From positions 55,490,001-55,554,000 of the forward strand of contig OZ365110.1 in the NCBI GenBank assembly GCA_977030845.1: a stretch of DNA of 64,000 nucleotides, written 5' to 3'. Positions 40,300 through 53,210 of this stretch are shown here, in pieces (the first letter of the stretch is position 1; every line of letters begins with the position of its first letter). The translations under genes were made by a program, and so were the position numbers. The DNA comes from Fimbriosthenelais zetlandica (taxonomy: Eukaryota). The notes below the pieces were generated by a model. It worked only from the letters and a program-made list of their open reading frames with translations. It was not told the origin of the DNA and did not search any database.

Positions 40300-40584
40300 A
40301 GGGGGGGGGGGGGTGGGGGCGGAGAGAGAGAGGGAGAGAAGGGGGGGGGGGAGGGGAGAAAGAGAGGAGAGAGTGGAGAAAGAGAGTGGAGAAAGGAGAG
40401 AGAGAGCAAGAGTGGAGAGAGGGAGAGAAGAGAGAAAGAAATGTAAAGAGAAAGAGAGTGAGAAAGAGAGGGAGGGGAGGCGAGTGAGCGAGAGAGGGAG
40501 GAGGGAAGGAGAGAAAGACATAGATTGAGAAAGAGAGGAAAGAGAAGAGTGGAGGCGGAAGGAAAGAGAAATACACAAATAGGG
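40300..40584. repeat. G/GA-rich low-complexity tract running into an assembly gap
   Basis: Poly-G and (GA)n-like sequence. Explains the S/L/P-rich and R/E/G-rich ORFs listed here. Confidence 0.9.
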
Positions 40585-40832
40585 NNNNNNNNNNNNNNNN
40601 NNNNNNNNNNNNNNNNNNNNNNNNNNNNNNNNNNNNNNNNNNNNNNNNNNNNNNNNNNNNNNNNNNNNNNNNNNNNNNNNNNNNNNNNNNNNNNNNNNNN
40701 NNNNNNNNNNNNNNNNNNNNNNNNNNNNNNNNNNNNNNNNNNNNNNNNNNNNNNNNNNNNNNNNNNNNNNNNNNNNNNNNNNNNNNNNNNNNNNNNNNNN
40801 NNNNNNNNNNNNNNNNNNNNNNNNNNNNNNNN
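40585..40832. other. Assembly gap (N run)
   Basis: 248 Ns, flanked by GA-rich sequence. Confidence 0.99.
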
Positions 40833-41518
40833 GGGGGAGAAGGACATTAATATAAGGAGCACGTGCGGTCCGCTGACTGCCCGCATTACAACATTAAGCA
40901 TCAGGACCACCTTTAGGCCAACTTCTAATTATGATCTGTAATGAATTTCTAGCGTTCGATGACACAGTCTATTTACTGCCAACATCCCAATTATCGCCCA
41001 TCGACAGCGCCATCAAGCGGGAGAAAATTACCTTCTACAAGACACAGGGTAACCATGGAGACGGCTGGAGGAACTCTGGGTTCCATGGAGATGTTTGTAG
41101 TTAACCCCTGACAACCCACAGCACCAAACGCAACATCGCAATAAATTGGCCACGTTTTTATATAATTGCCGAAGCATTATATAGAGAAAGTATAGAAGAG
41201 CATTCAGAGAGTGCGTGGGTTTTTCTCTCCGTCCTCCTAGCGATGACCTCTGACACCAACAGAACGACGCGACGCTTTTGTTTCTGAGTGCGACGAGCGT
41301 TGCTTTTGTCGCAGAGCGAGGAAATTTGAGACGGCTCGAATCTTGAGCAAATGAAATTAGGCCCCACACAAAGGTGGGGGTCTACAGGCAGCCTGCGTTC
41401 CCCAATGCATTTCAATATGCCGTAGAGCCGTTCAATTTTTCACCAGGAACACGCGTCCATGCCGTTCCGTCCGCCATCAAATGGATCCTTTGGTTAGTGC
41501 CTATTGATCGGGGGATAC

Positions 41519-41576
41519 GCCTCGGGGCATAAGGCTGTAGGGCGGCACGGCCTGGGGCTGCACAGTCCCCCGGGGC
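41519..41576. promoter_or_regulatory. Cluster of AP-2 consensus sites
   Basis: GCCTCGGGGC (41519-41528), GCCTGGGGC (41550-41558) and CCCCGGGGC (41568-41576) match or nearly match GCCN3-4GGC. Confidence 0.35.
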
Positions 41577-42640
41577 AAATAGACCTACCTCCCGGCCACA
41601 GTCCCCCCATATTACACTCTACTCCACCACCAAGCACCTCCAGCTCCGAGGTGAAACATGGGGGCAAGGATCCAACACCAAATACCCCCCACCTCCCTTC
41701 ATTATTTCTTAATTCAACGGAAAAAAGGTCTAAGTGAATGATGGCTACTTTTCGGGGGGAAACGATACAATTTCTGGGAAGATCTTGTTCATTTAGATCT
41801 GTAAGATCATAGTTTCCTTTCCCTCACATTCGTGATTCCTTTATCATTTTGTAATAGCAATCGTGGGTGAATCACGACTGATTATGCTCAATTATAGTTA
41901 TAGAAGCTCAGTAAAGAATTAAGACATAAAGATCACTATACTTTACACTGATTGAGCTATGAACATCGGGAATTGAAGATAAAACCTGTGAGGCCTTCAC
42001 TGTTGTGGGTAACAATGATAATTTCCCATCTTTATCACCACAGAAACGACGATAAGATCCAGTCCCCGATCAAAGGACCAACTAATGATTTAATCGTCTC
42101 AAATCTAGCCATAGTTACTCAGCCATCAACAGATCTGTATCAAGTTGGGGTAGATAAATTGTGGGTTTCTTTTTCAGGCAGAGTTTTCATGTATTAATAA
42201 TAGACTGTTAATCACTGTATTTAGTATGTCTACGCTCTGTGAACTTGTGAGGACCCCCTGTATGGTAGAAGCATTGAGACTGAATTTAACATACCGAAAC
42301 AAAACGCTTTGTGTCGGTGGAGAAAGTGCAAGACCATGCTTAATTCTTTGACGAGGAACACTTGGTGTGAAAAAAGGGTGGAAGAAGAAGAAGGAGGAGG
42401 AGGAGGGGTAAGATGGAGAAAAACTAGGCCATGAATCACCTTTCCCGGTTATATCATGTCCCCAGACAATGGCGACGCTTTAGGAAAAGCTCGTAGAAAG
42501 TTTAGTGAGGTAACACATTCTACTCGTACCAGATGACAGTATGTTGACAGACACTGCCCTGTGCCGATTCTACTGACACCAGGAAAAACTAGAGAGAAGA
42601 ATGAGAAGTTTGTAACGCGTACAATTTGACAAAGACGTGA

Positions 42641-42697
42641 CCACTTCCATATAAGGCGCGCCGGAAGTGGAGCGCCAGAGCGAGGCTGGCCGGAAAT
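42641..42697. promoter_or_regulatory. Candidate serum-response-type element (CArG box plus ETS sites)
   Basis: CCATATAAGG (42647-42656) fits CC(A/T)6GG. Flanked by ACTTCC (42643-42648), CCGGAAGT (42661-42668) and CCGGAAAT (42690-42697). Confidence 0.5.
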
Positions 42698-43002
42698 GGC
42701 TGCTTGTCCGTCCATGAACGCTGACCGTTCAATTAGCTCGTGTGTGGAGCCAATTAGAGGTGTAACCTGGGAAACTGAGCCTCGCTTTTGTTCTCTAATG
42801 AGCGGTGGTGGAAGTGAAGCGATAGTCACACCTTAGTCGCTGAATAAACCGGCGAGAAACTGGAGTAATGACAGCCGCAAAATGAACATAATACCACATG
42901 ACCTCTATTCTACACTCAATCCATCCTCCACTTCTGAGAGGCACAGTGCTTACAATAATTATTATGGCAATAAAAGTTACAAATTATGGTGAAAAAATCT
43001 TA

Positions 43003-43094
43003 AGGCCGTTCTTCACTGGTTCTTTATCCTTGCGACACATCGCCTTTATCGCAATTGTGTCGCAATAAAAATCTCACCAGTGGAAGTTTGCCCT
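43003..43094. mobile_element. Short MITE, family B-related
   Basis: ttaaggccgttcttcactggt...accagtggaagtttgcccttaa with internal ttgcgacac/gtgtcgcaa inverted motif shared with family B, and TTA/TAA flanks. Confidence 0.55.
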
Positions 43095-46000
43095 TAAATC
43101 CAAAATTGAGATTGAAAAATGGATAGAGTAAGCATAAAACATAAGCATTGAGAGAGAAGAAAGTATGCTGAAGAAACCACTATATGAAGTGTAGAAAGAA
43201 ACTCCAAAGAATATGACTTATGGAATAGAAATTGAATTTCCGTTTCTTTTAGAGAAAAAAGTTGGATTAGGTTGAGATGAATAGAGGATAGTGAGGGGAG
43301 AGGGAGGAGTAGCCGGAGGTGACTACTGATAGACACCCCGACCTGCCCACAGAGCTGCTCCTGTAATAGCCAGACCTACCATAGACAGCCTGAGGCGAGG
43401 TGCTGAGGCTGCAGGTGAGACTGACAAGGCCAGGTATAGACAGAGAATCAAACCTATAATGGAGGCCGCCTCTAATACCACAGACAATGGTGAACAAGTG
43501 TATCAACCAAAAACACACCTACAATGAATTGTCCGAGAAATGAGCATTGAGGCAATGTTGCAGTATATTTATCCAGTGTTTTTCTAAACACAACATTGTA
43601 TTAATGTATTATTGGCTAGATAGTATCTTACTTGAGCCCTACAGATGAACATATCTTATGACAAAGGCCATTGTACAACCATTATAGGCTACAACATTGT
43701 TGGTCAACGGCCTATTTGTTGGTCTCCAATTAAAAACATGAGATCTATCACAATACCCCAATGTAATGCATTTCGAAAGAATTCATTGGTTTTTTTTATG
43801 AAATGGTATTATATATTCTCATGAGCGTTGCATAAAACACTCGCCTCTCAGAAGAGAATGGGGGATCCGCGGTGGAAGACTTAATCGTTGCAAATTAGGG
43901 GCCGACCACAAAGCTGCTGTGAGGTCTGAGATACATGTGCGCATATCTTGACTGCATCTAAGCGCAACGAAGGCCTCTCCCCCTAACTAGAGAGGACTGG
44001 GAGAGAGGTAGGACCACACACAGTGAGGCCCATGTACCTTCTCCTAGGCGTGCATTTTTTCATACAGACACAGGAAGCGATGCTGGTACACTATATAGTA
44101 ATATTGCTGTTTTATGCATCATGTATGCTTACACAGGAGGAGTCCGTAAACTCATAAGCCTGTGTCAAATTTTCACTGCAGCTCCCGCGGAGATATCGCG
44201 GGGAATTAATTTGTACATAGAAAAGAAGGGGTTCTATAAAATAATCCCAGGTAAAATAGATATAAATGTGCATAATGTGCACAAATGCGTGAATATATTG
44301 CTTATAAAATAGGACCCGAATTGTACGACCCATGGAAATGTATTAGAAAAGAGAAAAGTTATATCATCAATTGATGATGTCTGATTGCATCAAGTCTGCT
44401 TTTCGCATTTCTTTGCAACGGGACAACAGTTCCTTTCTCTATGAGGCATTATCGACACGTATAGAAGAAGCTATCGCACGGTTTTTCTAATCGGGATGAC
44501 GTTCCGCGTTCTATACTGCGTTCTACACTGCATGCTCGGATCTGAGACCAAATGTCATCTGGTTTACTTCTAGTTGGCATCTATATCTTAGCGATGAAAC
44601 CTGACTAGCTCCCGTGTCACTGATACAAGTCTGACTTGTATTTTCACTGAGTGTGTCGCACCGACATCACAGGGAGCGCTCCAGCTCTGTGACGTCCATC
44701 GACCTGCCGGGAAACATACCCGCAGGCTTTGTTTTCCAGCCCCGAGCGTCTAGATCTAAAACGCTGGAGGCTAAAAAAGGTCGCACTGACTGCAACCAAC
44801 CAACAGCCGCCGCCCCCAAACAACGCCAGCACTTCTCCCCACTAGACATTGTGTGAATGAAATCTGCGCGATATCAACAAAAGTGCCTTTGAGTCCGACT
44901 CCAAATAAATAGCGATCAAACGCCATGGGATTTTTTAATCACCCATCGACAAGAAACTTGACACCGTGTGACAAAGCGGGGGCATGGGTGGAAGCTGAAG
45001 GAAGGAATCCCCATTAGTCTAATGCAAAGAGCATAATAATGCATCAGGGGATATTTAATCAAGATATCAACCTTCTTCTCAGGGAACCACCAGCGACTTG
45101 AAAAGAATCCCTCAATAGGTCAAGAATGGGGTTGAATAAAGTACACGTAAGAACCGTTTGCTCGTTTTTCTCCCCCAAAGGAAAACTGGTTCATGAACGG
45201 AAGTCCATTAAAGGGAGAGCAGCGATTGTCTGGAGCTGAACACATCGAAAGTGAATGAGCAAATGGGTGTGTCGTGTAGGAGAGGGGAAGAGAGGGGGTG
45301 GTGGGTAATGGAATGAAACGCATGGGTACAAATGAAGAAGCATCTTGCAAATGAAAGACTGGCTATCAGAGGAACATTTCCTGGGGTCTTTTCAACGCAA
45401 CTTTCCACATACTGTCCACCAATTGGTACTATTCGATGTCAATGAGTATGATTTGTCTGAAGGGAGTTGTGAATATAATTTGGCACGTTGACATTTCAGT
45501 GCATGTGGGTGTCCGGCACCAATAGGTTTGTATGTATACACGTTTCACACTTGTTTTTTTCCTGGCTAAGAAGAAGATCCACCCTGGCTGCAACCGAAAC
45601 ACGTTCAAAAGATGATTCTAGTCGGCGGCTTCAAAGACTACTGGTTATAAACAAACAAACTGTGAACAATGGATCGGATATCCATCCACCTTCTACACAT
45701 ATCTGTAGACTACGTGTACTGGGGCTTCTATACTCCTCTCCCTCTCATCTCACTCTATTGATATTCTACCTACATTCACCATTATTCCACCTCAAATCTA
45801 TTCCAGTTAACCACAATTATTCCAGTTCAACCACAGACTTTTGTTTTTAGGTGCGGAATAGTAGACCCTAATCAATGAAAAATGTGGACGATATTCTTTG
45901 AATCGTTCCAGTTTGTTCATTATATTCCAGTTAGCAGCAATAATTCCAGATAACTACACAAATCGGAATTTTTCTAAGGTCTGTATACAATGATGCTATT

Positions 46001-48129
46001 GGGAGTACATATATGTGTATAATTTTCTTTGAAACAGTCCCCACTTTGTAGGAGAAGCTGGTGGAAAAACAGTCTAATAGGGATCTGTCTATTCTGTGGT
46101 AACCCCCACTCCCTCTCCCCCTCCCCCCTCCCCTTCCCCACTTCCCCATCATCTGTGTGTGACGGTAAATGTAATCTCCTCCCTTCCCCTCCTCCTCCCT
46201 AGCTGGAGGTGTAGTAGGGGAGGTAGGTGTAGTAGAGAGCGGACTCGGTACAAGTGGCCCTGGAGGCGATCTTGGCTCGGCGTCGCTTGTTGGAGAAGGC
46301 CTCCAGGGCGTGCGAGGGTGGATGGATGGACGCCCGTTGTTTCTTGCTTGTCTGGCCCACTACCCTACCCCTTCAGGCGACTCCTATAGCTTGCCACTCT
46401 CTCCTATTCTATCCATTCCACCCGACAAAAATAAGCCATGCCCAGTTAGAATAGAGATGTGAGGTCAAATGTGGCCCAGTGCACTCACCTATATAGAATT
46501 ATTATCATAATAAACACAAAAGTATATTTTTAGATCTTCCTATAAAATAATGAACTACCAAATCTAGTTGCAGTAAAACCCATTTCTCCATAGTCTTGAA
46601 ACTACATTGGATTCTATTAAGTAAGTTTTATTGCCCATTGAAACGTATCGCAGTTGATATACCAAATATTTTCCTGGTATTCAGCTGAAACTACATTGAA
46701 ATGCCATTATCTCTTAAGCATTCAAAAATATATCAGGGGATATCAAACCTAGGAGCAAAAATCCTTTCTTGATATACCACTGAGCTTCCATTAATACCAG
46801 TTGCATTGTGTATTAGACGATATTAAAATCCACAGAGCTTTTCTCTCTTGATATCCGACTCCCCACATCCAGCATGCCTGACATGCACGCTTGACAAGCC
46901 CTGATTGGGGGGGGGGGGGGGGGGGGGGCGGGGAGTCTGACAGCCAACTACATTTCTTTGATTGCGCCACAAAACCCTGTCATGTAGGTCTCGAATCACC
47001 GGGCTTCCCAACAATTTAATTACAAAATATTAGCCAACCTTCCTTTTCAGTAGTCAGTTGGCATCCTGGCTGCAACAATTTATTTCAAGCCCCAAAATAA
47101 TACCAAATAACACATTCTGAGATTGCAGGATGATTTAGTTTTTGCTCTCTCGCCACCTCTTTTTTAACAATGAGTCAACATGGGGGTTTTTCATGGGCAA
47201 TTGGCTCTCATCAAGGACTGTGTTCACCCTGGTTAATGCTCTATTTGAATTTCAGATGTGACCATTGCTCAGAGATGAGAGGCACCCAGAGTTATTACTG
47301 GGCCTCACCTCTCACTTTGATGTGCTAACCAAGGAGCCCAGGCCCCGGCAACTCGGTTTTGTTAGCCCTGATAAAGTGAATGCAAATGTGTTAAGGAGAT
47401 TCCACCATCTCCTTTTAAGCGCACCCGTAACGGTTAGATAAATGGGGTAATAGTCATCTCCGGGATTCTGGGGATAATTCTAAACCGATTCCCCCAGTCA
47501 TCCTCGCTGCTTTTTGAGGCAGGTCGTTAAGGAGACTGACTCAAAAGTGGACATCAATGGGTGACGTCTTGATTTTCGTTACAATGGTTTTCTGGGTCCG
47601 TTCCTCCTCAATGAGCAAAGCAACACTTTTAAAGGACATTTCTGCGGGATTTTGAGGATTATGAACGACATATATGTTTTGCCATCAACTTGGAGGGAGT
47701 TTAAATATGCTGAATTCCACAATATTTTATTCTGTATTTTACGTGAGATCTTGCTGACATATAACACTTGGATTTTTTTCTGAAAATCAATTTGGAAACA
47801 AACATGCAAGGCAACATGCGCTGCATGATTGTTGTTACCTTGACAACAACTATTTCCCACCATCTTGTATCAAATGAAACCTCTGATGAGGAACGGAAAT
47901 ATTGAACCATTAAGAAAAACCAAAGTGCCAATCAGCATGTTTTAACAAGCACTCGAGCAGTGTGGATCACTTATGAGAAGAAAAAGACACGATTGAGAGA
48001 TGGATTTCCCGCTCCCGCGTCCCACAGCCTCGTCAACACTTGATCGCCGTTACCCACTCGTGTTTTTAATGAACACGCGACAAGGCGACGGATAGCGAAT
48101 CACGAGGGGAGAAAATGTAATGAGGCTTT

Positions 48130-48213
48130 CTTCTAACTCTCTCTCTTTCTGAGTCTCTTACACACTCTCTGTCCTCTCACTGGGTCCCTTTTGCCTTTCT
48201 CAACCCTCTCCTC

Positions 48214-48267
<54 letters not shown>

Positions 48268-48490
48268 TCTTTCTCTTTCTGTGTCTTTTACACATTCTCT
48301 CTCTGTCTTTCTGAGTCTCGTACTCTCTTTCTGACTGCATTAGTCCCTTTCTCTATCCTCTCCTCTCGTTCTCTTTCGCTCTGCCTCTCTCGCTCGTTCT
48401 CGCTCTCCCTCCCCTTGCCCCTATCTCTCTCTATCTACTCCCCTACCTATATTCTCTTTCCCCAACACCTCTCTATCCCCTGTCCCCTCT
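48130..48490. repeat. CT-rich microsatellite / polypyrimidine tract
   Basis: Perfect (CT)n core at about 48219-48263 within a degenerate CT-rich tract. Confidence 0.9.
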
Positions 48491-51400
48491 CATGTCATGA
48501 TTTGTGGTGAGCCCCGTTAGATCTATGGCTTCTACTTGAAGCATCATCCCACATATTTAAATCACAAATTATGTCATGAAAAAAACAGTTGATCAAAGAC
48601 AGAAGGTTATGTGTTACAGCATTGATTTCCACTTACTTGAACAACATCTACAGTTTTCAAAAGGTTGAACAAGCCTGAGACAAAGGCATTGGAAATGGTT
48701 AATGCTAAGTAAAATCATGAGCATCCCATATGCATGATTAATGGAGTAATAAATAAAAACTGTTCATTAACACTTCAGTGCTGACTTGATTTCCATTTTT
48801 CAACATCAGGGTTGTATATTAAATACGTCCATGATATATGTGGTGTAACATGAGCATACCTACATGCATAATCTGGCACGAGGCCACCTCCCACCATCCT
48901 CAACATGCAGGCACACCGACTCCTACATGGTTAGACTACACCACTCACCACACGCACCAACCATTCCAACCAGCATTGATGCCCATTTGATGAGGATCTC
49001 AATGATTTGACAATCACATCTGTATGTTTGTTTGCATGTCTCCATTCCATTTTGGACTATTATGAAGTCATTTAGTGGAAAGAATATAATTGATTTACTA
49101 CGGAGCATGCAATGGTCTCAACTAAAATGCATTGAAGACTCGCGATGCGGTGTTATAATGCATCATGTCTTCTGTGAAGTGCACCTTTTGACTGGATTAG
49201 TCGATGTATTGATCGTTAAAATGAATGCATTCATTTCTAGTTGTTATATTCACGTAGTCAACAATGAATGAATGTAACTATTTGAAAGGTCAAGTTGAGG
49301 GATTGTGGATGGGGGTGGGTGGTGGTAGTGGGGGGTAGATTTAACGAGATGCTCACTCGTGTTCAAGAGTTGCTCAGCCTCGAGTGAGTCAGTGTACAAT
49401 AGAACTGATCTCCGATTGTTGGTTCATGGTCATTATCAAGAAAATAACTCCAATGCTTAAAAAAATAAGTGCCATGAATCCAATGCCTGGTATTCTATGA
49501 TGTCTGAGACATTTTTGATAAAGAGAAGAGCTGTAGGATTGTGAGAATAACAAAGATCTCGACAAATGTGAGATTTAAAGAGATTTCTAAATAAGAAGAT
49601 AAATATTTGAGGTTTGAATTGTGAATCATTTCCGTGTCTGATTCATCTGTTAAACCCCTGAACCACTGCCCCCACCCCACCCCGACTGATGACGGGAGAC
49701 GCATTGTTGGACTCCAACTGACCCCAATAGATTCCCTAATCATTATTACGTAATCCATGGAGCAAGTTCATGTCACCCAGTTCATAGTAGACGCTCCAAT
49801 TACCCTCCAATAACCATGCAATGAATTCAAATGATCAGACGAAGAAATAACAGCAACCTAAACTGAGTCAAATCATGGGTAACAATAATGATTTTTTTTC
49901 AAAATTTGTTTTTCGGATCATGCGAAATCATTGCACATTTTATGTCGATTTAAAATTTTTCAAAATATTTAATGAAAAAGTACTCACCTCGTTTGATTAC
50001 AGAATTGTGCTCTCCTGTGATGTAACTGTTAGTATCTTCCATAGCCTGCAAGAAAGAAAAATATATTTAATATAAATATTTTATTTAAAAACATGAGGAA
50101 AATCAAGGGAACATTAAAATCAAATGGTACTGATTCCATCATAGGAGGTGCAACTTGATGACACATTTTTTACTGAAGCAGTTTTTGAGAGAAAAAATCT
50201 TGATGCTATTTTATTTGCTGAAGAATTTTGAGAAAAAAATCTGGGACCTGTCATGTTCAACATGTCAGGATGACATAGACGTGTGTGGGACTGAAGGGTG
50301 GGGTCGGGGGGGGGGATTCAGCCCCTCTAGGACCCAGCGGGGTAGGGGGTTTGGATGAGGAGGGGCTGGGGATGGGGGATGGGGAGGAGTGCCACCCCCC
50401 ATTTTTCCTCCATTATTATAGGACACACAATAGCCGTCCTTGACACGGTAATGGGACGATTGGTGGAGGAATCATCCTGGCCTCACATCTGTATTCGCCC
50501 GCGCCCCAAACGCGATTACATCCCCATTATTTATGATAATCTCTTTCCCAGCCGATTTCCTTCTCTCCGCTAAGCGCCAACGTTAAACGACACGTTTTAC
50601 TGACTGCAATTATTGCTCAAGTTGGATTATCCTACACTTCTAGCGGATTGGGAAAGGTCTGAAAAAGGCTTGGCTCAGAAACGTGTCCTTGATTTTTTTT
50701 CGCTTAGGGAGATCGACGGGTTTTTAGACCCAAATGTAGCAATGGTTCCCTTACGGACCTTTCACTCCAGATAGTGGGACACATGACAGATCTTTGATAT
50801 TCCAGTCAGCAGCACTGATCGGAAAGGGACAATGGGAGAAAATGTATGAACAAAGATACATGGCTAAATGATTAGAACCCCCCAGTGTTTCTTAATACCC
50901 CATGAGTAGCTCTTAAAGGAGCTCGAGCAGTTGCTTGGTCAGAGCATGCGACATTTGGACTGCCACCTATCACACTGACACGACGCGACTAAACTCTGAA
51001 TTCTTGAAGAAACCAAAGGCTTAGTCGCATTCAAGCAGGGGAGAACACCATGAAACTAAAACTCAATGTTGGACAAAAAACGCCACAAAAAGTGCAGCAG
51101 CTAAACTCAATCATGAATGCAAAAAGAGTCAGATTGAATCGCAATAGCTTTGTTAAAGACTGGGATCAGATTGCTCGCGTCGTGCTAGTGTGAACTTGGC
51201 CTATGTGGGACTGCCGCTCAGTGCAGTATTCACGCCTGGACGCTCGTCCTTCCGGCGCCGTGGATCACATTGGTTTACAGGGCGGGATACAGAGATCCCG
51301 TGCATGTTCAATATGCATGGCTGCCTTATCATCTGTCATCCGATCATCAGAGGAGCCATCCGGCAGATTTTACTCTCCTATCATCGTCCCGATCGATAGA

Positions 51401-52929
51401 CAAGCGGTAAATGATTCGCCCGCCTCGCAGCTGGTGGCATCGCCAAGCTTGGTTAATTCCCATCACAAAATATCCTAATCTTTACGTTTTTAACCTTGTC
51501 CCGAATGGCACAGTCTTGGAATCAAGACAGATCCACTCAAGACAACCAGTGATATGAGAAAGATGGTTTCCTTCGACACTTTGGAATCAAGTGATGATTC
51601 TTCATAAGATTTTTAACGCCAAATAGAAATGTTCACTGGCTGCAAGAAGGAGCGGGACTCGTGCAATGCGTGGTAGATCGCGTGTGAGAAGTCTCCATTT
51701 CCTACACTATTGCAGTTGCAATTAGCTTAGTTTTTCCTCCATACAAGTTGACTAAATCTTGGAAGCCATTTAATTATAATGACAAGGGATGGAATTGGAT
51801 GGTAGGAAAGAATAGGAAAATCAGATTTCTGTTTGTATTTTGTTCAAGGTTCAATCAGAGATTCCTCAGCGATCTCAGAACGAGAGGAAACACGCTGTCG
51901 GTGAACAATGGGTAGGAAAATGACATTGAAGTTGAAAAAGCCAGGTGGCTTCAGTGGAGAGTGATCATTGTGAGAGTGCATTGTGAGATACCAGGGTCTG
52001 AGATGGTGTCAAAGGCGTGTAGGATGAATACATGTAATATAGATATCCCATCCCCTCCTCACATCCCCACTGGTGACATCCTCGAGAGCTCAATCGTTGC
52101 TTTATGACAAGCACGGCGTCCACTCTGCCTTCATACACCTTATAGTAAATAATCTATTGATTGTGTTATTTTCAGGTCATCCTCCTCAATTGTTGCTAAA
52201 AGGGTTGTGCCAACCCCACTGATCTGCACCTAGCCTACATCTTGTCGTCGGACCTCCAAATGGCTGGGGATAGCCCGGGGGCAATGGCTCGCTGAGATCG
52301 CCCGGGGGGCTCTTCCCAGCTCTGGCCCTACCCCCGTCACATCAAATCAACTCGACTGTGACCTATTGTGATGGAAGCAATAGCATGGTGTCCCCTTTCC
52401 CCGCCAGGAGGTGAGTGAACGACGGTCCCCAATGACACAGCACCAGGGACCTTTTTAAAATCTCGGAATGAGCAATGAAAGCATCTCCTATTTGTTATTA
52501 CACATTCATAAAAAAACGACCCATCCTAGGTTGTTGATCATATTCAAGGCTATCAAGCATTGGTTGATTTAAATTTCCATTCTCTCCTCTTGGTTCCCCA
52601 CCCCTATACCTCTCCCACTCCCCCCAATACACTCCCCCCATCAACTTCAGTCATTCTGATGGGTGAAACAAAAGTCCTTTGTTCAAGTACTGGCTTGAAT
52701 TTCAACATGTGAACGTTCAGAGTGGGAGCATCAATCAGATACTTGTAAGATGACCCCTGCTTGATTTACACTGCATTTGACAAAGAGATAGTGGACCTAT
52801 CCTCTATATAAAAATATACCAAAAACCATATTTCTTTTGGTTAAATGTGTCAGCAGCAATACAACTTCCCATGGAGCTCTGATTCCATGTGCTGATTCTA
52901 ATTCTGATTCTGGGCAAGGGAAGAGCTTA

Positions 52930-52947
52930 GGGAGAGAAAGAGAGAGT

Positions 52948-52994
<47 letters not shown>

Positions 52995-53210
52995 GGAGAG
53001 ACAGAGAGAGCAGAGACAGGGATTGAGCTAGCATATTGAAGGAAATACGCTGTTGGCACAAAAGATCTGCTGTACTCGAGGGTAGCAAACGTCGTTCTTT
53101 TACATTCCTCTCACCATTAGAAGTCTGGCCTTTGATATCCCAGTTAGCAGCGCTGGGAGAGAGAGAGAGAGAGAGAGAGAGAGGCAGAGAGAGAGAAGCA
53201 GAGAGAATCT
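52930..53210. repeat. Two (GA)n microsatellites
   Basis: GA runs at about 52930-53010 and 53155-53205. Confidence 0.85.

Noticed and set aside
40156-40941. Long ORFs up to 210 aa in the ORF track
   Set aside because: They are translations of GA/CT low-complexity sequence and N gaps. The same applies to those at 16166-16597, 27204-27654, 32765-33091 and 52837-53353.
46200-46454. RTE/LINE reverse-transcriptase C-terminal fragment (ALEAILARRRL)
   Set aside because: The expected RWLGHV-type continuation is absent and there is no upstream RT sequence. More likely a chance match in a CpG-rich patch.
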